Shown here one piece after another: positions 8,304 through 16,023 of a DNA stretch of 21,336 bases. How positions within the stretch are numbered: the stretch's first letter is position 1; the number at the start of each line of letters is the position of its first letter. The DNA lies in NCBI GenBank assembly GCA_031422435.1, contig JANPLU010000071.1, positions 1 through 21,336 on the forward strand, given 5' to 3'. The stretch is from Acaryochloridaceae cyanobacterium VAR_48_metabat_390. Its GTDB lineage: Bacteria; Cyanobacteriota; Cyanobacteriia; Thermosynechococcales; Thermosynechococcaceae. The translations under genes were made by a program, and so were the position numbers. The notes beneath the pieces are model-generated. The model did no database searches. It was not told the origin of the DNA and was given only the letters and a program-made list of their open reading frames with translations.

Positions 8304-10844
8304 ATGGACTCTAATAAGACTACGCCCCTGTCTGCTTCTGCTCTGCAATTATCTACATCCAAAGATATATTGGGGTCTCTCGCGGCTGGCTTTTACGCGC
8401 TATTTACGCTTTTGCCCGACAGCAGTAGCTTAGTCGTCTCTTGGCCTTGGGTGTTTGTTTGGCAAGTGGCGTTGCTGCTGCCTTGGCTGTGGCTTTTACG
8501 GAACGGGTGGATTCAAAAACAGTTTATAGGGCTGGGCTACAGGCTCGATTATGGAGTGATATTAGCCGTTTTAGGGTTAATGGGGTCAACGCTGCTGGCT
8601 TCGTTTCTACAACAGGCGCGCTGGTATAGCTGGGCAGCACTTTGTGCTTTAGCAGCGCTCTATGCGCTGAATGCCTGGTGCACGAACCCAGGAAAAAGAC
8701 TACAGTTGCTCAAGGCTCAAGGCGGTTTAAGCATTGCCTTTATTGTAGTCAGCCTAAGCCTTTGGGGCAGCCAAACCTTTTTGCCAGAGCTGAATCGCCT
8801 CCACAACTTACAAGCAGCAGGGCTAGATTTGCCCTACGATTTTTCGGTGTTAGAACTGCGCAATTGGGCACCCATTGGACATCAAAATTACGTCGTAGGC
8901 TACTTAGTATTGTGTTTGCCGCTGCTGTTGGGGCTAAGTATTTCTTCTAAAACTAGAGGTCGCTGGATCTGGGGAGCTGGCAGCGTTTTAGGGCTAGTGG
9001 ACCTTTACACGACAAGTTCTCGCGGCGGTTGGCTGGGGATGGCGCTAGTAAGCCTACTTGGCGGGCTGCTTTTGCTGAAGCACTCTCGCCTATCACTTCG
9101 CCTCCGCTGGATGATTGGAGTGGGTCTGCTGACGGGGCTAGGCGGCATTCTGTTTGCCAACAATCGGCTGCGATCGCTGTTTTTTACCACAACGCCTCTA
9201 GATGGTGCGGGGGGCGAAACTGCCTTTCGCGCCATCACTAACGCAACGGGATGGGCGATGGGTTTAGCACATCCGTTCTTTGGGGCAGGACCCGGGAGCG
9301 TGCCCCTGCTTTATCAAAAGTACCGTCCTGCTTGGGCAGGTCGAGAGGCTGAGCTGTTATATCAGCTTCACGGAACACCTGCCCAGATTTGGGCAGAACT
9401 GGGCGGCGTTGGTATTGCCTTAAGCCTTGGGATGTTGGTCTGGCTAGGGTATTGGGGCATAAGGTTATGGAAATCGCAGTCCGTGGCCTTAGAATGCGAT
9501 CGCATCCTATCCTGGAGTCTGTTGTCGGGGCTTGCCGGTTACGGCGTCGTCAGCTTTACAGATTACCAGCTCGATATTGTTTGCATTAGTGGCACTCTAA
9601 TTGTCTATGGCGTCAGCTTGCTCTCGCTGCTGCGCCAATATGTTCCGTCGAACCTAGACGCTCACGTTGTAAAAACATCCCGTATTGTATGGCTATGCTG
9701 GGGCATCGTTGGTCTTCTGATTGCTGTCGGACTGTGGTTAGCGCCCATTCATCGCGCTTGGCAGCTTTCTAGCCTAGGGTTTAATGCCCTCAGTCAAAAA
9801 CAAATTGAACCTTTCAAAAATTATCTCGCGCAAGCCCATCAGCTTGCCCTCTGGGAACCCTACTATTCTTATCAACTGGGCTGGAACCTGAGTACCGCGA
9901 CCAGTGAAGATCAGCAGGTCAATCAAAGCCGATTAAGCCAAAGTCTCGAATTTTTTAGACACAATGTTAAGGCTTCTCCAAACCAAGAATCAAGCACCAG
10001 CAGTTTGGGGTGGATTCAGCTTTTTAGCCGCCAGCCTTCTTTAGCAACAGCCTCATTTCTGCAATCAACTCATTTAGTACCTGCCAAACGTGGCGGGTTT
10101 CATAGCTTAGGTATCAGCCTTTTAGGGCAGGGGAAAGTTGACCTAGGTATTCAGGCGATCGCCCTAGAAATAGTCCGCGATCCGCTTTGGCTCACTAGCC
10201 CTCTGTGGCGTTCTGCCCAGTATGCAGCGGTGTATCCGCAAGTTCAGGCGGCGGTGGTGCAAACCTACCAAAAACTGCTCCAAAATCGCTCTCCTAAAGA
10301 TCCGCTGACGACTTACCTCCGTCAGGTTTTGGGAGGTGTTTTCTGGTGGCAGGGCAAGTTTACCGAGGCAGAGGCAGAGTGGCGCAGCCATAAAACAGGT
10401 TTGGGTCAGGTGGTGCTGGCGATTGCCAAGAACAATACCGCTTCCACAGAGGTTCCGATATTGCGAGCATGGTTAGAACCCAAAAACCGAACCCAGTGGA
10501 TTGAGAAAGCATTGCTGGAGGCCAATCAAGCCTTGCCTAATCCTCAGGCAGTACAGGCCATTCAAACCAGTATGGATCAGTCCAAATCGTTGGATCTGTG
10601 GATCAGGCAAAATGCTCCTACTCGGCAATACCCACGAGAACGGGCTGGGTTTGGGGTTCTGAGCCGCCATATTGATGGACCAGCGCCGACGGATTTCTTC
10701 CCCGTAGTTGAAAACGTTGCCATGACTCAGTTTTTTGCAGAACTATTGCCATCGCCCAGCTACAGTCCTGACTTAGATAATGCCTTACAGCCTTTGCGAG
10801 AGCAGCTATGGGGAGTCATTGCGCCTGCCCAGCGCAAGCCTTAA
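8304..10844 (+). CDS. O-antigen ligase (Wzy_C/WaaL-like) family polytopic membrane protein with C-terminal TPR-like region; candidate ligase, polymerase or O-oligosaccharyltransferase
   Basis: Many hydrophobic segments in the first ~480 aa. Motifs GHQNYVVGYLVLCLPL, LYTTSSRGGWLG, TAFR, HPFFGAGPG, QLHGTPAQIWAELG. Soluble helical C-terminus (WEPYYSYQLGWNL). ATG at 8304 preferred over the GTG at 8238; start not certain. Confidence 0.85.
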   Translation: MDSNKTTPLSASALQLSTSKDILGSLAAGFYALFTLLPDSSSLVVSWPWVFVWQVALLLPWLWLLRNGWIQKQFIGLGYRLDYGVILAVLGLMGSTLLASFLQQARWYSWAALCALAALYALNAWCTNPGKRLQLLKAQGGLSIAFIVVSLSLWGSQTFLPELNRLHNLQAAGLDLPYDFSVLELRNWAPIGHQNYVVGYLVLCLPLLLGLSISSKTRGRWIWGAGSVLGLVDLYTTSSRGGWLGMALVSLLGGLLLLKHSRLSLRLRWMIGVGLLTGLGGILFANNRLRSLFFTTTPLDGAGGETAFRAITNATGWAMGLAHPFFGAGPGSVPLLYQKYRPAWAGREAELLYQLHGTPAQIWAELGGVGIALSLGMLVWLGYWGIRLWKSQSVALECDRILSWSLLSGLAGYGVVSFTDYQLDIVCISGTLIVYGVSLLSLLRQYVPSNLDAHVVKTSRIVWLCWGIVGLLIAVGLWLAPIHRAWQLSSLGFNALSQKQIEPFKNYLAQAHQLALWEPYYSYQLGWNLSTATSEDQQVNQSRLSQSLEFFRHNVKASPNQESSTSSLGWIQLFSRQPSLATASFLQSTHLVPAKRGGFHSLGISLLGQGKVDLGIQAIALEIVRDPLWLTSPLWRSAQYAAVYPQVQAAVVQTYQKLLQNRSPKDPLTTYLRQVLGGVFWWQGKFTEAEAEWRSHKTGLGQVVLAIAKNNTASTEVPILRAWLEPKNRTQWIEKALLEANQALPNPQAVQAIQTSMDQSKSLDLWIRQNAPTRQYPRERAGFGVLSRHIDGPAPTDFFPVVENVAMTQFFAELLPSPSYSPDLDNALQPLREQLWGVIAPAQRKP

Positions 10845-10862
10845 CGGTCCAGTAGCGGTATT

Positions 10863-12302
10863 TTAGTACGCCCCATTAGCAAACAATACAATCCGTAGGG
10901 TTTCGACCAAAATCTCAAAATCGAGGTTGAGCGTCCAGTTGTCGATGTAGTAGAGATCGAGACGGGCCGCTTGGTCAAAGTCGTCGAGGTGCGATCGCCC
11001 TGAAATTTGCCACAATCCCGTAATGCCTGGAAGCACCTGATGACGAATATGATGCCACGAGTTAAAGCGTTCGACATCTCGAATCGGTAAGGGGCGTGGT
11101 CCAACTAGGCTCATTTGCCCTATTACGACGTTAATGAGCTGGGGTAACTCATCAATACTGGTACGCCGCAGAAAGCTGCCAATTTTGGTACGGCGCGGGT
11201 CGTCTTTAATCTTAAATAGAATGCCGTCTTGCGATTCGTTCTGCTGCTCTAGGGCAGCCTGCATCACTTCGGCATTGACCACCATCGTCCGAAATTTCCA
11301 CATCTGAAAGATATTGCCATGCAGCCCCACCCGCTCCTGACGATAAAATACAGGGCCAGGAGAAGTGAGCTTGATGGCGATCGCAATGCTCATTAAAAAC
11401 GGTGCGAGTGCCAGTAGCCCCAAGGCTGCTGCCGTAACATCAATCACGCGCTTGGTGCGATAGTCTAGCCCTAGCAGCATGGGCGGCGCAGCTCGAAAGG
11501 TGGGCATTCCTGCAAAAATTTCGGGGATGCCCCGACGGTGCAGCACTTCTACACTAGAGGGGATCAGCCGCAGGGTAATGCCCAACCGCCGGAGCTGCCA
11601 GTAGAGCGTGGAGGCGAGTTCGGTTGGCGGTAAGCCTTCGACAATAACTTCCTGGGCGTTGGATTTGAGGATCGATTTAAGAGTGGTATGGGCGCTGGCG
11701 GTTGAGGCCAGAGCTGCACCCACAATACGGTAATGCGATCGCTGCTCTAGCAATTTAGATAGACGCGGTAAACGTTCTGCGGTCGCAATGAGAAAAACGC
11801 CCACGGTCGGCTGACGCTGCTCAAGCTGCTGAAGTAGCAGCGTAGAAAGGAGCCGAAACCCGATGATAAAGGCGACGCTGAGGAACCAAGCGCTAAAGAA
11901 TAGCGATCGCGGGGCATCCAGTTTGGGGTCGTAGAAGTAGCTGATGGCGAGAGACAAAAGGTAAGCTAAACTAACCAACTGAGCAGACCGTACATAGTCT
12001 TTCCAAGCCGTGGCGCGGTTATAAAGGCCACCCCCTGCCAAAATCAGGATAGTCGAGAAGGAAAAAAACCAAAATGGGCTAGGTAGCCCTAGCCATACCC
12101 ACCAGATCAGCTGTGGCGGCATAGGAGAATAAAAATGGTTGAGCTGCGCCGCGATTCTCCAAGCGCAGGCCAATGCCGCAATATCAGCCAAGCCCAGAAA
12201 GGATATGCCCAGCCAAGGTTGAAACCCTTGCATGAAGTAGTGTTTTAAGCCAGTAGCTCGGATATCGACCGATTGGCTTGGGTGCCCCTTACCTTTATTC
12301 AC
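10863..12302 (-). CDS. Priming polyprenyl-phosphate glycosylphosphotransferase (WcaJ/WbaP-like sugar transferase)
   Basis: N-terminal TM helices, a central Rossmann-like region, and Bac_transf motifs KRVIDV, SPGPVFYRQERVG, WKFRTM, DDPRRTKIGSFLRRTSIDELPQLINV..GQMSLVGPRP, PGITGLWQISGRS, LDLYYI. Confidence 0.95.
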   Translation of the reverse strand: MNKGKGHPSQSVDIRATGLKHYFMQGFQPWLGISFLGLADIAALACAWRIAAQLNHFYSPMPPQLIWWVWLGLPSPFWFFSFSTILILAGGGLYNRATAWKDYVRSAQLVSLAYLLSLAISYFYDPKLDAPRSLFFSAWFLSVAFIIGFRLLSTLLLQQLEQRQPTVGVFLIATAERLPRLSKLLEQRSHYRIVGAALASTASAHTTLKSILKSNAQEVIVEGLPPTELASTLYWQLRRLGITLRLIPSSVEVLHRRGIPEIFAGMPTFRAAPPMLLGLDYRTKRVIDVTAAALGLLALAPFLMSIAIAIKLTSPGPVFYRQERVGLHGNIFQMWKFRTMVVNAEVMQAALEQQNESQDGILFKIKDDPRRTKIGSFLRRTSIDELPQLINVVIGQMSLVGPRPLPIRDVERFNSWHHIRHQVLPGITGLWQISGRSHLDDFDQAARLDLYYIDNWTLNLDFEILVETLRIVLFANGAY

Positions 12303-12390
12303 AGATATTTGACGATTTGTTGGACTTTGACAAAATTTGCTGGATGATGTGTGGCAGTTTTTTAATCATTCAGGAAAATTATGATCAAGG

Positions 12391-12717
12391 CTAGAGTTTC
12401 AACCCAAGCTGGATTTTAAGTGCTTTCTCAAGAGCCTGCATGTCAGCACTGGACAGCTTGCCAAACAACCCCTTACATCTGCTTTTATCCGCTGTGGTAA
12501 TTTGATCTGTCATGACTTTGCTCTTTTGACCCTCTACGGTGACAATGGCTTCGCTAGGATAGAGTCTGCCTGTATTGCTTGTTAGTGGAACCACTTGAAT
12601 TCGGTTTAAGGCTGCATTAGCTGCATTGTTACTGACAATTACAGCAGGTCGAGTTTTGCGAATTTCTCCGCCTAGGGATGGAGCAAAGTCTACCCACCAG
12701 ACTTCACCACGTAGCAT
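12391..12717 (-). CDS. mazF: Type II toxin, PemK/MazF family endoribonuclease
   Basis: [49 protein letters not shown]. Start placed at the ATG at 12717, overlapping the antitoxin end by 14 nt. Confidence 0.95.
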   Translation of the reverse strand: MLRGEVWWVDFAPSLGGEIRKTRPAVIVSNNAANAALNRIQVVPLTSNTGRLYPSEAIVTVEGQKSKVMTDQITTADKSRCKGLFGKLSSADMQALEKALKIQLGLKL

Positions 12718-12934
12718 CAGCAACATCTCCAATTAATGCATTACTCCATTCCAAAGCTTTTTGCTCGCGATCAGTATCAGCAGCCATCGCTTGGTACGCA
12801 GAGGCTAGGTTATCTTGCATGACGTGGGGTCTTGCCAAATCTTCAAGGAACTGGCTAATTTTGCGCCGCCCAATAACTCTTACAAGCCCGTCGTAAACGT
12901 CTTCATCAAGCGTGATGGTCATTCGTTTATGCAT
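12704..12934 (-). CDS. Cognate antitoxin (ribbon-helix-helix/CopG-like N-terminus)
   Basis: 76 aa. [15 protein letters not shown] beta-helix start; acidic C-terminus ([17 protein letters not shown]). Lies directly upstream of, and overlaps, the toxin gene. Confidence 0.88.
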   Translation of the reverse strand: MHKRMTITLDEDVYDGLVRVIGRRKISQFLEDLARPHVMQDNLASAYQAMAADTDREQKALEWSNALIGDVADATW

Positions 12935-12973
12935 AATTTTAATAATTGTCGTATGCGCACACGCATTATATCA
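12927..12973 (-). promoter_or_regulatory. Putative TA operon promoter (extended -10) with operator palindromes
   Basis: Minus strand TGaTATAAT at 12973-12965, 30 nt before the antitoxin ATG. Inverted repeat ATGCG-caca-CGCAT (12953-12966) overlaps it. Palindrome TTATGCATAA (12927-12936) spans the start codon. Confidence 0.65.
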
Positions 12974-13049
12974 AAATCTAAAGTTGGTGTTGATGATCGC
13001 TTAGGGCTGAATGCGAGCTTCAATGAGAGGGTGACTTGGGTGTGAGCAG

Positions 13050-13889
13050 CTAGAGATCATGCTTTTGCCACACAGGATAAGACTTGGTGCGAATACTTAA
13101 GCCAGGAAGTTTTGGAAGCAGATGCTTACGGGTATAGCGAATCATGCTTTTAAGATGTATCCACATATAGCGACTCCAAAGCTTCTTGTCGCTGACGGCA
13201 ATGTGATGGTGGATAATTTGAGCGGTGGGCACATAGTAAACCTGCCAGTTTGCATCATGCATTCGGCGTGCCCAATCGATATCTTCGACGTATAAAAAGT
13301 AGCCTTCATCTAAAGGGCCAACGGTATCTAATACTTCTCGGCGGATAAACATACAGGCTCCTAAGAGCCAATCGACGGATTGGGTTTTGCTATGGTCTAA
13401 GTCGCCCATTAGGTGATGCTGATTGAGTACAGATTGACGCAGAAATATCCGCAGGGGAGTACGTCTGGCAATGACTGACCCAAGGGAGGGAAAACGACGG
13501 GGCGAAGGTTGAATGGTGCCATTGGGGAATAGGAGCTGTGCGCCGCACATGCCTACTTGCGGATGGGCATCCATGAACTGAATAAGGGTTTCTAAGGCTC
13601 CGGACTGCACTTCGGTGTCGGGGTTCAGCAGCAGCAGGTAGCGGCCTTTTGCTAAGGCCATGCCATAGTTATTGTTGGCTGAAAAGCCTTGTCGCTTGGT
13701 GTTGATGTGAAGATTGACGGTGGGGTGTTGTTGGGCGATCGCCGCACTTTCATCATCTGATGCGTTATCCACCACAATGACTTCACCGCCGAGTTGTTTT
13801 ACTTCTGGCACTAGGGCATCTAGACAGCGCCCAATATAGTTGGCGTGGTTGTGGGTGACTGTAATGGTTGATAGGGGAAGAGAACTCAT
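13050..13889 (-). CDS. GT2 glycosyltransferase (WbbL/rhamnosyltransferase-like)
   Basis: VIVVDNASDDES, GFSANNNYG, YLLLLNPDT, VDWLLGACMFIRRE, GPLDEGYFLYVEDIDW. Confidence 0.92.
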   Translation of the reverse strand: MSSLPLSTITVTHNHANYIGRCLDALVPEVKQLGGEVIVVDNASDDESAAIAQQHPTVNLHINTKRQGFSANNNYGMALAKGRYLLLLNPDTEVQSGALETLIQFMDAHPQVGMCGAQLLFPNGTIQPSPRRFPSLGSVIARRTPLRIFLRQSVLNQHHLMGDLDHSKTQSVDWLLGACMFIRREVLDTVGPLDEGYFLYVEDIDWARRMHDANWQVYYVPTAQIIHHHIAVSDKKLWSRYMWIHLKSMIRYTRKHLLPKLPGLSIRTKSYPVWQKHDL

Positions 13890-14004
13890 AGCTTTGTTGC
13901 AGGCTCAATCAGTCTAGATTTTGGGGGTTATGGCTAGTTCTATCAATGGTTCTATTCTGTAGCATTCCCAGTATGGAGTCGTTTGCTGCTATTTGAGAGT
14001 TTGC

Positions 14005-14479
14005 TCAAGATTCAGACTCTAGTTCTTGGGCGAGTTGATTAAGCCATCCGATAAAGGTTTGAATGTCCTGATGAAATTGTTGCCAAACTTCTGCGTAATC
14101 AGTGATGAGTTTATCTAGACGCTCAGGCTTTAGCTCAAAGCCATAAATGTTTCTGACGACATGGCGAAAGGCCAGATACTCTTCTAAACGCTGGGCTGTA
14201 CTCTGGCGCAACAGGGCAGGTCGGTTGGTGTGGGGGACAGCCATGCGGCCTAATAACCGACGATGCCAATCAAAGGTGGTGGGCAGTCCGCCGTTGAGAT
14301 CAGAGGCCACAATCTGAAAAATTCGCTCACAGCCTGTATAAAAGTGTGGTTAGGTCTGGATTTTCTGACATTTGCAGCTTTGTCGTTTTGATTTGCTGCT
14401 CTAATACTGCAACTTTTTTCAGCTCTGTCTGGATATCAGAAACAATTTCCCGAATCTGAGCGGCAGATATCTGCACCAT
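14005..14479 (-). pseudogene. hepT: HEPN/HepT-like ribonuclease toxin, frameshifted
   Basis: ATG at 14479 (AGGAG upstream) reads MVQISAAQIREIVSDIQTELKKV..NPDLTTLLYRL* (stop 14327). The conserved continuation FYTGCERIFQIVASDLNGGLP..DWHRRLL..LEEYLAFRHVVRNIYGFEL is in another frame from about 14342. Confidence 0.88.
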
Positions 14480-14837
14480 AGAGACATTCTCCTGTTTGAA
14501 TAACCCGTTGATAGAACGGTGTCTCTAAATCTTCAAGAGGTTTAAGGTCTATTTGAAATGAATCGCTGAGGCGATTTACTGCGGCTAGGGCGCTAAAGTA
14601 TTGCTCGGGAGGAATGCCTGCAACCGCTAGATCAATATCTGAGTTTTGATGAAAGGTCTTTTTCGCGAGAGATCCAAACAGAATGACTTGTGTTACTTGA
14701 AATTGATTGGTTAGGAGCTGGATGATCTGAGGTAGCTTTTGCCTAGCTTGATCAGCTAAAGCTCGATTTTGATTTTGCTGTAAGGCTAGGCGGTTTTTCC
14801 AGTGGTCGATATATGGGCATGGAGTGGGTCTAGGCAT
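14436..14837 (-). CDS. mntA: Minimal nucleotidyltransferase (MNT) antitoxin
   Basis: VILFGSLAK..HQNSDIDLAV..IDL (GS + DxD + D motif). Overlaps the HEPN gene start by 44 nt. ATG at 14837 preferred over the GTG at 14858. Confidence 0.9.
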   Translation of the reverse strand: MPRPTPCPYIDHWKNRLALQQNQNRALADQARQKLPQIIQLLTNQFQVTQVILFGSLAKKTFHQNSDIDLAVAGIPPEQYFSALAAVNRLSDSFQIDLKPLEDLETPFYQRVIQTGECLYGADICRSDSGNCF

Positions 14838-14924
14838 GGGTAGTAAAAAAGCGATCACTTATTTTAATCATACTCAACGCTTGGGACGAAGATTTCACAG
14901 GTGGAGTGAAGGATCAGGGGGTAA

Positions 14925-15082
14925 GGGCGATCTCTGCACTTTCATCATCGGAGCGGTTATCGACTACAATGACCTCGCTACCCAGTCATTTTACTTCTGA
15001 CACTAAGGCATCCAGACAGCGCCCAATATAGTTGGCATGGTTGTAGGTGATGGCAATGATTGATAGAAAGAAATGACGTCAT
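14925..15082 (-). pseudogene. Truncated, decayed 5' copy of the GT2 gene at 13050-13889
   Basis: MTSFL/(+1 shift)LSIIAITYNHANYIGRCLDALVSEVK*LGSEVIVVDNRSDDESAEIA aligns to MSSLPLSTITVTHNHANYIGRCLDALVPEVKQLGGEVIVVDNASDDESAAIA. Hand count: 24 mismatches in 142 aligned nt (about 83% identity). The ATG is 5 nt after the stop of the upstream GT2. Confidence 0.92.
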
Positions 15083-15087
15083 AATTT

Positions 15088-16023
15088 CTAAATCAAGCTC
15101 AATAAGCCGAGATTTCGCAACACGCCATCATCAAATAGCCTATGACGGAATAAGAGCGATCGTTTTCTCCAATAGTTTGATCGTTCTATTGAGCTATAGG
15201 CTTCCACAACGGAATAATCCGCAAGTGTGAGTTGATCGCAGTAACGCTCTAAAAAGACCTGAGCCTGTTTCCAGGTTTTACGATAGTATTCACGAACCTT
15301 TTGCGGCTGTTGCAATCGCGAGAGAATATAGTGCCTAGTCCAAGCGCGAGAGCCAACTTGATTATAAGAATGTTGCCTGTATAAAACTGTAGCGTTATTG
15401 ATAGGAACAACTTTTCCAAATGCGGCAGCAACCAGTGCCAGCCACCAATCATGCATAAAAGCATCGTCTGGAATTGGCAAAGCAAGATCTAGCAAGGATC
15501 TATTTACGACAACTGTACAGCCAGTAACGTTATTGCGTGGGAGTAAATGTTGGAAATGATTTCGATGAGGATTTAACCTACTTTGTTTCCAAAACGAGTT
15601 GCAAATAGAATCAAGATTTTCTGAGACCACGTTCAGATCAGTATGAACTAACAGAGGTATTTGACACCCAACTTCATGTTCAATAGCTTGAATAGCACTG
15701 AGGCTAAGAGATAGTTTTTGGTCAATCCAAATATCATCTTGATCGCACAAAAAAATGTATTTAGTTTCCGTATTTGACAAGAGATAGTTAAGATTTTTGA
15801 TTACGCCTAGATTTTGGAAATTTGAGTTTAGAGTTTTAATTTTACACGGATATTTTTGATTGAATTTTTGGACAATTTTAGATGTCCCATCATTAGAGCA
15901 GTCATCTGCAATAATCAACGTCCAGTTTTGATAAGTTTGATCTAAAATGGATTGTATTTGTGACTCTAAGTACTTTTTGCCATTGTATGTAGGCAAAACT
16001 ATATCAACAGGCACGTATTTCAT
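15088..16023 (-). CDS. GT2 glycosyltransferase (RgpB/RfbC-like, possible rhamnosyltransferase)
   Basis: VDIVLPTYNGKKYLESQIQSILDQT, DDCSNDGT, FLCDQDDIW, VTGCT, MHDWW, LYRQH. ATG at 16023 gives an ATGA overlap with the upstream stop. Confidence 0.92.
   Translation of the reverse strand: MKYVPVDIVLPTYNGKKYLESQIQSILDQTYQNWTLIIADDCSNDGTSKIVQKFNQKYPCKIKTLNSNFQNLGVIKNLNYLLSNTETKYIFLCDQDDIWIDQKLSLSLSAIQAIEHEVGCQIPLLVHTDLNVVSENLDSICNSFWKQSRLNPHRNHFQHLLPRNNVTGCTVVVNRSLLDLALPIPDDAFMHDWWLALVAAAFGKVVPINNATVLYRQHSYNQVGSRAWTRHYILSRLQQPQKVREYYRKTWKQAQVFLERYCDQLTLADYSVVEAYSSIERSNYWRKRSLLFRHRLFDDGVLRNLGLLSLI

Larger units (their letters stand above)
6577..13742. repeat. HIP1 palindromic octamer GCGATCGC, 11 dispersed copies
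   Basis: Copies found by eye at 6577, 7963, 8263, 9170, 9496, 10155, 10991, 11377, 11735, 11903 and 13735. None seen in 1-6570 or 13750-21336. Confidence 0.9.

Noticed and set aside
8441..11104. Short ORFs within the Wzy_C and sugar transferase genes
   Set aside because: Shadow ORFs expected in GC-richer coding DNA; no motifs.
12295..12369. 24-aa minus-strand ORF (MIKKLPHIIQQ...) overlapping the transferase GTG; losing one A from its A6 run would fuse it in frame
   Set aside because: A6 is too short to imply phase variation, and the transferase looks complete from 12302. It cannot be supported without homolog N-termini or ribosome profiling.
12678..13045. Plus-strand ORFs 12678-12896 and 12815-13045
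   Set aside because: Antisense to the antitoxin and its promoter; no coding signal.
14005..14310. 101-aa ORF as an intact HEPN toxin
   Set aside because: It is the C-terminal part of the frameshifted gene starting at 14479 and lacks the N-terminal helices.
15249..15485. 78-aa minus ORF with a hydrophobic look
   Set aside because: Alternate frame wholly inside a clear GT2 gene.
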